Assembly: GCA_937974035.1 (NCBI GenBank)
Contig: CALJIV010000049.1
Span: forward strand, 10,638-74,637
DNA: 64,000 nucleotides
Source: an uncultured Phycisphaerales bacterium
GTDB taxonomy: Bacteria > Planctomycetota > Phycisphaerae > Phycisphaerales > UBA1924
Direction of reading: 5' to 3'
The notes below the pieces were generated by a model. It searched no databases and was not told where the DNA came from. It was given only the letters and a program-made list of their open reading frames with translations. This document shows positions 55,797 to 64,000 of this stretch, piece by piece. How positions within the stretch are numbered: position 1 is the first letter of the stretch; each line of letters opens with the position of its first letter. Both the position numbers and the translations under genes were made by a program.

Positions 55797-57461
55797 ATGA
55801 TGCTGGAGGAGCTGATCGCGGGGCTGGACGTGCGCGTGGTCGCGGGCAAGCCCGCGGGCGTGCGCGTCTGCGACCTCACCGAGGACAGCCGCACCGTAGT
55901 GCCCGGCTCGCTGTTCATCGCCCGCTCGGGCGCGAACGCCGACGGCAAGGCCTTTGTCGAATCCGCCCTGCGGGCCGGGGCCGTCGCCGTCCTGACCGAC
56001 GATCCGGCATTCACCTGCCCTCCGGGCTTTTCCGCCCCCGTCATAGCCGCGACGGACATCCTCCGCGTGTGCGGGCAGATCGCCGAGCGTTTCTACAACA
56101 ACCCCGCGTCAAAGCTGAAGCTCATCGGCGTCACCGGCACCAACGGAAAGACGACCACCGCCTATCTCGCCTGGCAGATGCTCAACACCGCGGGCGAGCG
56201 GTGCGGGCTCATTGGCACCGTGCTGGTGGACGACGGCGCGGAGGTCGCCCCCGCCTCGATGACCACGCCCCCGGCCATCGAGATCAGCCGCACCCTGAAC
56301 ATGATGGTTGAAGCAGGCTGCACCGCCGCGGCGCTGGAGGTTTCCAGCCACGCACTGGACCAGAAGCGGGCGGACGCGCTTCCCTTCGCCGCGGCGATCT
56401 TCACGAACCTCTCCGGCGACCACCTCGATTACCACGCGACGATGGAGCAGTATGCCGCCGCCAAGGCGCGGCTGTTCTCGTTGCTCGCGCCGGGCGGCGT
56501 GGCCATCGTCAACGCGCAGGATGCCTCATGGCAGCGCATCGCCGCGGATTGCAGGGGCCCGCTGCTCCGCTGCGCCGTAGGCGTGGAGACCGAGCCCTCC
56601 AACGCGGATTGCACCGCGGTCATTCTGGAAGAGTCGATCCACGGCATGCTGCTCCGTCTGAACGGCCCCTGGGGCTCGGTGCAGGCGAGCGTGCCGCTGA
56701 TCGGCCGGTACAACGCGATGAACGTGCTGCAGGCCGCGGCGGCGTGCCATGCGGTGGGGTTGTCCGAGACGGACCTTGCCCGCTGCCTGCATCGAGTGAG
56801 CGCCCCGCCGGGGCGTCTGGAGCGCGTGAGCGAGCCGGAAGACGGCATCAGCGTCTTCGTGGATTACGCGCACAGCGACGACTCTTTGCGCAATGTTCTG
56901 ACCGCGGTGGGCTCGGTGATGGACGGCCGTCGGCACGCGTGTGTGCATGTGCATGACGCCGCGGGAGCGCCGGTGGACGTGCCGCCCGGCCCGCGCCTGT
57001 GGGTGGTGTTCGGCTGCGGCGGCGAGCGCGACCGCACGAAGCGGCCGCGCATGGGCCTAGTCGCGGCGACGCTGGCCGACCGCGTCATCATCACCAACGA
57101 CAACCCACGCCGGGAAAAGCCGGGCGATATCGTGGACGAGGTGCTCGCGGGCATTCCATCCGAGCTGCGCCCCAAGGTCACGGTGCAGATCGACCGCGCG
57201 CGGGCCATCCGTGCCGCGATTGAGGGCGCCGCGCCGGGCGATGTCATCGTGATCGCCGGCAAGGGGCACGAGACGGAGCAGATTCTGCCCGACGGCGCCG
57301 GCGGCACCATCCGCACGCACTTCGACGATCGGGAAGTGGCGCGGGCCATCCTCGCCGAACGCCGCCCCGCGCCGCGCGCCGAAGCAGCGCAGGCCAAGGC
57401 GAGGCGCGTCCCCGGCGCACGGTCCCCTCGCCCGACACGCCCCCACAAGCACGGACGTTGA
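55797..57461 (+). CDS. murE: UDP-N-acetylmuramoyl-L-alanyl-D-glutamate--2,6-diaminopimelate ligase MurE
   Basis: P-loop GVTGTNGKTTTAY and the MurE-type DNPR motif (ITNDNPRREKP). ATG at 55797 has GGAGGG 11 nt upstream; the track ORF begins at GTG 55761. The protein has a basic Ala/Arg/Pro-rich C-terminal tail. Confidence 0.92.
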   Translation: MMLEELIAGLDVRVVAGKPAGVRVCDLTEDSRTVVPGSLFIARSGANADGKAFVESALRAGAVAVLTDDPAFTCPPGFSAPVIAATDILRVCGQIAERFYNNPASKLKLIGVTGTNGKTTTAYLAWQMLNTAGERCGLIGTVLVDDGAEVAPASMTTPPAIEISRTLNMMVEAGCTAAALEVSSHALDQKRADALPFAAAIFTNLSGDHLDYHATMEQYAAAKARLFSLLAPGGVAIVNAQDASWQRIAADCRGPLLRCAVGVETEPSNADCTAVILEESIHGMLLRLNGPWGSVQASVPLIGRYNAMNVLQAAAACHAVGLSETDLARCLHRVSAPPGRLERVSEPEDGISVFVDYAHSDDSLRNVLTAVGSVMDGRRHACVHVHDAAGAPVDVPPGPRLWVVFGCGGERDRTKRPRMGLVAATLADRVIITNDNPRREKPGDIVDEVLAGIPSELRPKVTVQIDRARAIRAAIEGAAPGDVIVIAGKGHETEQILPDGAGGTIRTHFDDREVARAILAERRPAPRAEAAQAKARRVPGARSPRPTRPHKHGR

Positions 57462-57464
57462 GAC

Positions 57465-58955
57465 ATGAGCTTCTGGACGGTGGACAACATCAAGACCGTG
57501 CTCGGTGGAAGCTGGCTCGCCCGCACCGCCGACGCACCCATCGACGGGATCTCCACCGATTCCCGTTCGCTGCGGCCCGGCCAGGCCTTCCTTGCCCTCC
57601 GCGGCGAGAACACCGACGGCCACCGCTACGTCGCGCAGGCGGCCGCCGCGGGCGCGGCGCTCATCATCGTGGATGATCCGACCTCCATCGCGGGCGTGGA
57701 GCGTCTGCCTTCGGTGCTCCATGTTCCGGAGACCGGCGCGGCGCTGCTCAAGCTCGCCGCGGCGTATCGCCGCACGCTGGAGCGCACGCGCGTCATCGCG
57801 GTGGGGGGGTCGAACGGCAAGACCACCACGGTGAGGCTGATTCACCAGGTGCTCGGGACGCGCCTCCGCGGCACGGCCTCGATCAAGAGCTTCAACAACG
57901 CCGTGGGCGTGCCGCTCACGATCCTCAGCGCGAAGCGCACGGATCAATACCTCGTGTGCGAGGTGGGCACCAACGCGCCGGGCGAAATCGCCCCGCTCAC
58001 CGCGTGCATCGAGCCGGATATCGCCGTGCTCACCAGCATCGGGCGCGAACACCTGGAGGGGCTGGGCTCGCTCCGCGGCGTGGTGCAGGAGGAAGCGAGC
58101 CTGCTCGCGGGCCTGCGGCCGGGCGGCGTTGCTGTGCTCAACGCCGACGCGGAGGGACTGCTCGAAACCGCGGCGCCGCTGGTCAGCGCGTTGGGCGGGC
58201 GGGGCGGCGAGGCCCGCAGCATCATCACGTTCGGATGGCACGAGCGGGCGGACCTGCGCCTCACGCGCTGCGAGGAGCGCTTCGAGGGGCTGCGCTTCTG
58301 CTTCAACGAGCGCGACTGCTACGACCTGCCGCTGCTGGGGGCGCACAATGCCTGCAACGCCGCCGCGGCGATCGCCGTCGCCCGTCGCCTGGGGCTGGAC
58401 AACGACGCCATCCGCGAGGGGCTTTCAAAGGCCGTGGGCGCGGACATGCGGCTGGAGCGCTGCGTCGTCGGCAGTGTTTCGGTCATCAACGACGCGTACA
58501 ACGCCAACCCAGAGTCGGTGCTGGCCGCGTTGCGCACTTTCTCGCAGGTCGCCTCCTGCGGGGACTTCCGCCGGAAGGTGCTGATCCTCGGCGACATGCT
58601 GGAACTGGGCGACCACGGGCCCGACCTGCACCGCGAGATCGGCGACGCCGCCGCGGCGGTGGGGGCGGACCTGGTGATCCTCGTGGGGCGGCTGTCGCTG
58701 TTCACGGGCGAACGGCTTGCGAAGGCGCAGCCGGGGGTAAGGCTCGCGACGTTCACGGATCTGGAGGAGGGGCGCGACGCCAACGCCGCGGAGCTGCTGC
58801 GGCCGGGGGATCTCGTGCTGCTCAAGGGGTCGCGGGGGATGCGGCTGGAAAGGATTTTGAAGACACTCCAGGCCGGCGCGGCGACGCGGATCGAACCCAC
58901 GACGAACACCAACAGCCACGACGGACTGTGGCTCGCCATCGAGGGCCGCGCGTAG
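57465..58955 (+). CDS. murF: UDP-N-acetylmuramoyl-tripeptide--D-alanyl-D-alanine ligase MurF
   Basis: 496 aa with GGSNGKTTT and DAYNANP motifs. Gene lies between murE and mraY. Confidence 0.93.
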   Translation: MSFWTVDNIKTVLGGSWLARTADAPIDGISTDSRSLRPGQAFLALRGENTDGHRYVAQAAAAGAALIIVDDPTSIAGVERLPSVLHVPETGAALLKLAAAYRRTLERTRVIAVGGSNGKTTTVRLIHQVLGTRLRGTASIKSFNNAVGVPLTILSAKRTDQYLVCEVGTNAPGEIAPLTACIEPDIAVLTSIGREHLEGLGSLRGVVQEEASLLAGLRPGGVAVLNADAEGLLETAAPLVSALGGRGGEARSIITFGWHERADLRLTRCEERFEGLRFCFNERDCYDLPLLGAHNACNAAAAIAVARRLGLDNDAIREGLSKAVGADMRLERCVVGSVSVINDAYNANPESVLAALRTFSQVASCGDFRRKVLILGDMLELGDHGPDLHREIGDAAAAVGADLVILVGRLSLFTGERLAKAQPGVRLATFTDLEEGRDANAAELLRPGDLVLLKGSRGMRLERILKTLQAGAATRIEPTTNTNSHDGLWLAIEGRA

Positions 58956-58968
58956 GACGCGCTCGCAC

Positions 58969-60120
58969 ATGCTGCTCAAGCTCGCCAGTTACTTTGACTT
59001 TCTCAGCGTGATGTACCAGCTCCAGTTCCGCGCGCTGGCCGCGGCGGGGCTGTCCTTCCTCATCGTCATCGTGCTGGGCCAGCCCGTCATCCGCTGGCTC
59101 GTTCAGCAGAAGATCGGCGACAGCGGGGCCACCGACGCCGAGGCCCTCCGCCACCACAACCAGAGCAAGGCCAACACGCCCACGATGGGCGGCATTCTCA
59201 TCGTCGGCTCCATCCTCGCGAGCGTCTTTCTGCTCGGCGACCTGAGCGTGTCGTACATGAAGTACGGCATCGTCGTGGTCGTGTGGCTTGCGGTGCTGGG
59301 CGGGATGGACGACTGGCTGAAGCTCACCGCCAAGAGCCGCGGGACGGGCAGCCGCCAGGGGCTTTACGCCTGGGAAAAGCTGATCTTCCAGCTGGGCCTG
59401 GGGGTGCTCATCAGCTGGTTTGTCTACGGGCAGGGCGTGGTGCAGGGCAGCGAGGGGGCGGAGGACCTGCGTCACGTGCTCAATATTCCGTTCCAGCGCA
59501 CCTTCGAGCCCGTGACGAAGGAGCACAACCCGGCGCTGATCTTCCTCTCCATGCCGATGTTCATCATCCTCGGCACGCTGATGATCGCGGGCATGAGCAA
59601 CGCGGTGAACATCACCGACGGCATGGACGGCCTTGCCGCGGGGATCAGCGCGGCGGTGATGTTCGGGCTTTTCGTGCTGGCGATGATCGCGGGCGACCTG
59701 GGCTTTGCGCAGTACCTGCTGGTGCCCTACATCGCCAACGCGGGGGAGCTGTCGGTGCTCTGCGGCGCGACGGCGGGGGCGTGCCTGGGGTTCCTGTGGT
59801 GGAACTGCTCGCCAGCGCGCGTGTTCATGGGGGACACCGGCGCGCTCTCGCTGGGCGGCATCATCGGCTACGTCGCGGTCGTGACGCGTCAGGAGTTCCT
59901 CATCCTGCTCATGAGCGGCGTGTTCCTTGCCGAGATCGGCTCGGTGGTGCTGCAGGTGGGGTACTTCAAGGCCACGGGCGGCAAGCGCATCTTCAAGGTC
60001 GCGCCCTATCACCACCACCTGCATCTGTGCGGGTGGCCGGAGCAGCAGGTCGTCGCCCGGCTGTGGATCGTCTCGGTGATTCTGGTCGTGCTCGCCCTGG
60101 CGCTCATCAAGGTGCGCTAG
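58969..60120 (+). CDS. mraY: phospho-N-acetylmuramoyl-pentapeptide transferase MraY
   Basis: 383 aa polytopic membrane protein with NAVNITDGMDGLAAG and PARVFMGDTGALSLGG. Confidence 0.95.
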   Translation: MLLKLASYFDFLSVMYQLQFRALAAAGLSFLIVIVLGQPVIRWLVQQKIGDSGATDAEALRHHNQSKANTPTMGGILIVGSILASVFLLGDLSVSYMKYGIVVVVWLAVLGGMDDWLKLTAKSRGTGSRQGLYAWEKLIFQLGLGVLISWFVYGQGVVQGSEGAEDLRHVLNIPFQRTFEPVTKEHNPALIFLSMPMFIILGTLMIAGMSNAVNITDGMDGLAAGISAAVMFGLFVLAMIAGDLGFAQYLLVPYIANAGELSVLCGATAGACLGFLWWNCSPARVFMGDTGALSLGGIIGYVAVVTRQEFLILLMSGVFLAEIGSVVLQVGYFKATGGKRIFKVAPYHHHLHLCGWPEQQVVARLWIVSVILVVLALALIKVR

Positions 60121-61387
60121 GCGTCAGCACGAGGCCCCGCCGCACCACGACGCGATCCTGAATGGGCCCGCTGGGGCCGGGGTCGATGGTGATGCGCAGG
60201 CGTGCCGCGCCGTTCAACGGGGTGTTGACGTGCGCCACGGGGCGGCCCTGGTTCAGAGGCTCGCGCGCCAGCGGTGCCGTGTTGCCGCTGGGGCCGACGG
60301 ACTCGATCACCGCTTCGCAGTCGCCCCACAGACGTGCCGAGGGGGGAAGCTCGAGCGTGGCGCTGAAGCGGGTGGCGTTCGGGGGCAGCGTCCATTCCAC
60401 GCGCATCGGGCCGGGCAGTTCGATGTCCGCCGCGCCCAGGGGCGTCAGGCCCGGCGTCACCACCGGCGGGCTCGTCCACCGGCGGGCGGATGTGTCGCGC
60501 AGCGGCCCGGCGGTCATGGGAAGCTCCGCCAGCGGACGCAGCACGCCCGCGTCAAAGCACACGCCCAGAACCTCCTCCGCGCTCGCGGTCGCCGTGGGCT
60601 GGCTGCTGGCGCCGGGGATGCGCCCCGCGATGGTGTATGTGCCGCCGGGCGTGAGCGTGATCTGCGAGACCGCCGCGGCGGTGTCCGCCGTCCACACCCA
60701 CGCGCCCGGCGCGGGCCGCACGGGGTTCGCCAGGCGCACGCCGTCGACGCGCGCCAGCGGGATGTTCGTGAGCTTGTCCCCCTGCTCCAGCTTGACCTCG
60801 GAGCCGAGGGAGGCGACGAAACCCTCGAGCCGGTCGCCGTTGGCGAGCAATACCGCGTCCTGTGTCGGGCTGATGCCGCGCATCGCCGCGTCGAAGCGGT
60901 CGGGCTGGATCACCACCGCGGCGACGACATCGAGCGGGACTTCCATCGGGCCCCACAGCGTGCTGCGCCACGAGATCGAGTCGCCGTTCGCGCCCGCCGT
61001 GAGCGTGCCGGGGAGCACCTGGCCGTCCGTCAGCTCCAGCCGTCCCTTCGGCGCGGGGGGCGGGGGCGGGGTGGGTTCCTGGATCGGCAGGCGGCCCCGC
61101 CGCGGCTGCTGGAGCGGCAGTTCCGGTGGCGTGGGCACGTGCGGCGGGTCGAGCCGGCTCAGCGGGGGCAGCAGCGCCAGCACCTGCGTCCGCGGCAGCA
61201 CGAGCGTCCGCCCGGTTGCATCGATCACGCGCACGCTCTCGCCGTCGATGGCCGAGAGCTTCACGTTCTGCTGGATCAGCTCGCGATCGATCAGCACGCG
61301 CTCCGCGGGCTCGGGCGGCGCCGTGGGCTCGGTGGGCTGATTCGCCAGCACGGCGGTCAGCAGCGGGATGGCGAGCAGAGGGTTCAC
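60107..61387 (-). CDS. secreted hypothetical protein (426 aa)
   Basis: The GTG at 61387 overlaps the upstream stop (GTGA) and yields a signal-peptide-like start NPLLAIPLLTAVLA. The longer track ORF (to 61531) would overlap the upstream gene by 148 nt. The 3-prime end overlaps mraY by 14 nt, convergently. Confidence 0.6.
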   Translation of the reverse strand: MNPLLAIPLLTAVLANQPTEPTAPPEPAERVLIDRELIQQNVKLSAIDGESVRVIDATGRTLVLPRTQVLALLPPLSRLDPPHVPTPPELPLQQPRRGRLPIQEPTPPPPPAPKGRLELTDGQVLPGTLTAGANGDSISWRSTLWGPMEVPLDVVAAVVIQPDRFDAAMRGISPTQDAVLLANGDRLEGFVASLGSEVKLEQGDKLTNIPLARVDGVRLANPVRPAPGAWVWTADTAAAVSQITLTPGGTYTIAGRIPGASSQPTATASAEEVLGVCFDAGVLRPLAELPMTAGPLRDTSARRWTSPPVVTPGLTPLGAADIELPGPMRVEWTLPPNATRFSATLELPPSARLWGDCEAVIESVGPSGNTAPLAREPLNQGRPVAHVNTPLNGAARLRITIDPGPSGPIQDRVVVRRGLVLTPSAP

Positions 61388-62544
61388 TTCTGGAAGATAG
61401 GGAGGTAGCGCTTGGGCATCTGCAGGATGATGAGGGCCATCGCGGTGCCGTACTCGGGCCCCACGCTGGTGTCGGGCCAGTGGCCCGAGGGCTGCTGGCT
61501 GCGGAGCAGTTCGGAGCGGATCGCGGGCCACCAGCGGGCCCAGGAGTCGCCGCCGGCGAGGAACATCGCCTGCACGGCGTAATACTGGCCGTAGAAGTAG
61601 TGGATGGCGTTGTTGTCCGCCGCGACGCCGGGCAGCGCGTTGTTCATCAGGTAGCGCAGGCCGCGGTCGATGCTGCGGTCCTCGTAGATGCCGGCGTAGA
61701 AGAGGCTGGCAACGCCCGCTGCGGAACGCGGCCAGGCGCTGGGGCCGGCCATCATCTGGTAGCGGAAGCCCCCGTCGGGGTTCTGACAGCCGCGGACGTA
61801 CTCCACGGCTTTGTCGATGGTGGCCTTGGGGATGTCGAGCCCGGCGTTGCGCGCGGAGCGCAGGGCCATGATCTGCGTGATGGTAACGGAGATGTCTGCG
61901 TCGAAGGGCACGGGGTTGTAGCGCCAGCCGCCCTCGTCGTTCTGCGTGGACTCGATGAGGCGGACGGACTTGACCAGCGCCTTATGGACGCGCTCGGCCA
62001 GGGCGGTGTCGCCGCCCCCCTGCGTCATGCCGTAGACCTCGCCGAGAAAGAGCGTCGCGAAGCCGTGGCCGTACATCGGGCTGTTGGCCTGGTCGGAGGC
62101 GATGAGCCCCGATTCGGCGCAGTTGTCGAGGATGTAGTTCAGGCCCCGCAGCACGTTCTCGCCGTAGGCCCCGCGTCCGGGCGTGTTGCCGTCGGCCATG
62201 AAGGCCAGGCACGCGAGGGCCGTCACCGCCACGCCGCGGCCGAACTGCGGCTCTCCGAAGGAGCCGTCGGGGTTCTGGCGGCGGGCGAGGTACGACAACC
62301 CGCGGGTCACGGCACGGTCCAGCTCGGGGGTGATCTCGTCATCGACAGGGTTGTTCGCGGCGGAGCGCGAAGAGCCGGGCTGCGCCGCGCTCGCTACGGT
62401 GGTCGTACGCACAAGCGTGTGAGGAATCTGGGCCTGGGCGTGAGCCTGATAGAACCCGTAGCCGACGGGGCCGATGCCCGCGGCGGCGGTGGAGGCGAGG
62501 GCGAGCGTCGCGCCCAGGAGCGGGATGGTGCGTTGATGGGTCAT
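61384..62544 (-). CDS. secreted prenyltransferase/squalene-oxidase-repeat (terpenoid-cyclase-fold) protein
   Basis: The ATG at 62544 overlaps the upstream stop (ATGA) and gives signal peptide MTHQRTIPLLGATLALASTAAA. Q-x-x-D/E-G-G/S-W/F repeats recur: QNPDGSFG, QNDEGGWRY, QNPDGGFRY, QQPSGHWP. Confidence 0.75.
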   Translation of the reverse strand: MTHQRTIPLLGATLALASTAAAGIGPVGYGFYQAHAQAQIPHTLVRTTTVASAAQPGSSRSAANNPVDDEITPELDRAVTRGLSYLARRQNPDGSFGEPQFGRGVAVTALACLAFMADGNTPGRGAYGENVLRGLNYILDNCAESGLIASDQANSPMYGHGFATLFLGEVYGMTQGGGDTALAERVHKALVKSVRLIESTQNDEGGWRYNPVPFDADISVTITQIMALRSARNAGLDIPKATIDKAVEYVRGCQNPDGGFRYQMMAGPSAWPRSAAGVASLFYAGIYEDRSIDRGLRYLMNNALPGVAADNNAIHYFYGQYYAVQAMFLAGGDSWARWWPAIRSELLRSQQPSGHWPDTSVGPEYGTAMALIILQMPKRYLPIFQK

Positions 62545-63260
62545 GGCTGGCGGGGAAGCTCGCCGGGCTTGGGCTCCTCGGCGAGACGCTTGTAGTACTT
62601 CTCGGTCAGCTGCTTGTACATGGAGCTGTACTGCTCGCTGCGGCCCTGGGAGAGAGCGTCGCGGATGTGCGCGGGCAGGTTGCCCCACGCGGCGGTGCCG
62701 CCGGGTGAGGCGTTGCGCGCGCCCTGCGTCATCGCGGGGCCGGGGCCATCGTTTTGGCTCTGGTTGCTGCGCTGCGCGGCCTGCTGGCTGGACTGCTGCG
62801 CCTGGTTCTGAGGCTGCTGCTGTTGCTGCTGGCTGGTCCTGCTGCGCTGCTTGCTGCGGCTCTGCCGCTTCTTGGCCTCGTCGATCAGCGTGTCGAGCTT
62901 GCGGATCACGTCCTCCTGCATGCGCTGGGTGTCGATGCCCGTATCGCGGGCGTCGGTGAGGCGCAGGGCGGTCTGATCCATCAACGTCACGGCCTGATTG
63001 AAGAGGTCGTTGACCTCGCCGGGCGAGAGCTGGCGTTCAAGCTCAGCGCGGGTGGGGTCCGTCGGACGCGGGGGCTCCGGCGCGTCGGGCTTCGCGGGCT
63101 CTCCGGGAGCCTTGGGAGGCTGGGGCAGGCCGAGCAGCTCGTCCAGCGTGGGTTCCGGCTGCGCGGGCTTGGCGGGCGCGGGCTGCGGCTTCTCGGCGGG
63201 TTGCGCCGGCGAGCCGGGCTGAGCGAGAGCGGCGAGCAGCGCCAGGAGGTGCATGGTCAT
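62541..63260 (-). CDS. secreted Pro/Gln-rich hypothetical protein (239 aa)
   Basis: Signal peptide MTMHLLALLAALAQPGS, a poly-Q stretch (SQQQQQQPQNQAQQSSQQ) and a conserved-looking tail WGNLPAHIRDAL...YSSMYKQLTEKYYKRLAEE. An ATGA overlap links it to the upstream gene. Confidence 0.65.
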   Translation of the reverse strand: MTMHLLALLAALAQPGSPAQPAEKPQPAPAKPAQPEPTLDELLGLPQPPKAPGEPAKPDAPEPPRPTDPTRAELERQLSPGEVNDLFNQAVTLMDQTALRLTDARDTGIDTQRMQEDVIRKLDTLIDEAKKRQSRSKQRSRTSQQQQQQPQNQAQQSSQQAAQRSNQSQNDGPGPAMTQGARNASPGGTAAWGNLPAHIRDALSQGRSEQYSSMYKQLTEKYYKRLAEEPKPGELPRQP

Positions 63261-64000
63261 TGCGGCGGCTCCGGTGCGGGTGTGGGGGCGGGAACCCGCG
63301 GCTGTTCCTCCTGCATGCGTTCCAGCAGCGCCTTGGCCTGGTCCGCCAATTCACGCTGCAGGCGCATTACGGTTTCGGCCAGTGCCGCGTCGGAGGATTC
63401 ATCCGCGGCGCGCGTCAGTTCCGCGGCTTCCACCTGCATGAAGCGGAGCAGCTTCAGCTCGGCGATGGGCGGGATCAGGGGCTGTTCGCCGCTGCCTCCG
63501 CCGCCTCCGCCCGCGTCTCCGCCTCCGCTTTCCTCTTCGCGGAAGTCGTCCTTCTTGCGCTGCATCTCTTCCACGGCGGCGACCAGCCCCTGGAGAATGC
63601 GGATGACCGATCCCTGGTCGCGCCCCACCGATTGGGGTGCGGAACCTTCGGAAAGCGTCTTGGCGATCTGTGCCGTGGTCGCGTCGAGACGCGCGTGGGC
63701 ATAGTCGAACATGCGCGCCTCGTCCATCTCCTGCGTCGAGGAACGCAGGGCGGCGAGGGACTGGCGGATGGCTTCCTGCCGCTCGGCGAGCAGGCGAGCG
63801 GTCTGTCGCTCGCGCCGGTCGAGCGTCTTGCCCAGCAGCGGCGCGGTCTCGGCACGCAGGGCGACCTCAAGCTCCAGCGCTTCCATGTAGGCCCGGCGCA
63901 GCTCCTCGCGCCGACGGTCGGCCTCGCGCTCTTCGGCCTCGTCCTCCAGCTTCTGCGCTTCGTTGCGGGCGTCTTTCAGGCGGGCGAGGCTGATGCGCTC
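63257..64000 (-). CDS. coiled-coil hypothetical protein, 5-prime end beyond the window
   Basis: By hand translation the frame stays open from 63886 to base 64000: ERISLARLKDARNEAQKLEDEAEEREADRRREELRRAYMEALELE. The true start is therefore probably right of the window. It is the first visible gene of a four-gene coupled operon. Confidence 0.6.
   Translation of the reverse strand, partial: ERISLARLKDARNEAQKLEDEAEEREADRRREELRRAYMEALELEVALRAETAPLLGKTLDRRERQTARLLAERQEAIRQSLAALRSSTQEMDEARMFDYAHARLDATTAQIAKTLSEGSAPQSVGRDQGSVIRILQGLVAAVEEMQRKKDDFREEESGGGDAGGGGGGSGEQPLIPPIAELKLLRFMQVEAAELTRAADESSDAALAETVMRLQRELADQAKALLERMQEEQPRVPAPTPAPEPPQ

Noticed and set aside
1-64000. Mobile-element or horizontally transferred island boundaries, or CRISPR arrays
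   Set aside because: No integrase, transposase, tRNA attachment site, flanking direct repeats or spaced short repeats were seen. The T6SS/TPS block has the same GC-rich codon style as the housekeeping genes to its right.

Overview
The window is very GC-rich; third codon positions are almost all G/C, so long stop-free shadow ORFs on the antisense strand are common. About 50 kb (1..50185) is one co-directional plus-strand locus encoding a type VI secretion system (T6SS). Its gene order copies the Pseudomonas aeruginosa H1-T6SS: [fha-position ORF]-tssK-tssL-tssM-tagF, then tssA-tssB-tssC-hcp-tagJ-tssE-tssF-tssG-clpV-vgrG. It departs from that model in several ways. TagF is fused through a transmembrane helix to a large C-terminal FGE/SUMF1-like domain, and a second paralog lies at the left edge. 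I could not recognise TssJ, PAAR, an FHA domain, or PpkA/PppA/TagQRST. A two-partner secretion pair (TpsB plus a 3870-aa repetitive TpsA) sits where the kinase/phosphatase module would be. There are three tandem divergent hcp genes. vgrG is followed by a cargo island: signal-peptide-less LysM / beta-sandwich / peptidoglycan-binding proteins, a metzincin, a secreted HEAT-repeat protein and a 725-aa amidohydrolase-fold protein. The right ~14 kb is housekeeping: spoIID, a lipoprotein, dprA, lexA, queA, murE-murF-mraY, and a four-gene translationally coupled minus-strand operon running off the window. The flanking gene types suggest a Planctomycetota/PVC-like host, but this is low-confidence inference. 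No rRNA, tRNA, CRISPR array, transposase or integrase was seen. All family calls come from reading motifs in the translations; no database search was run.
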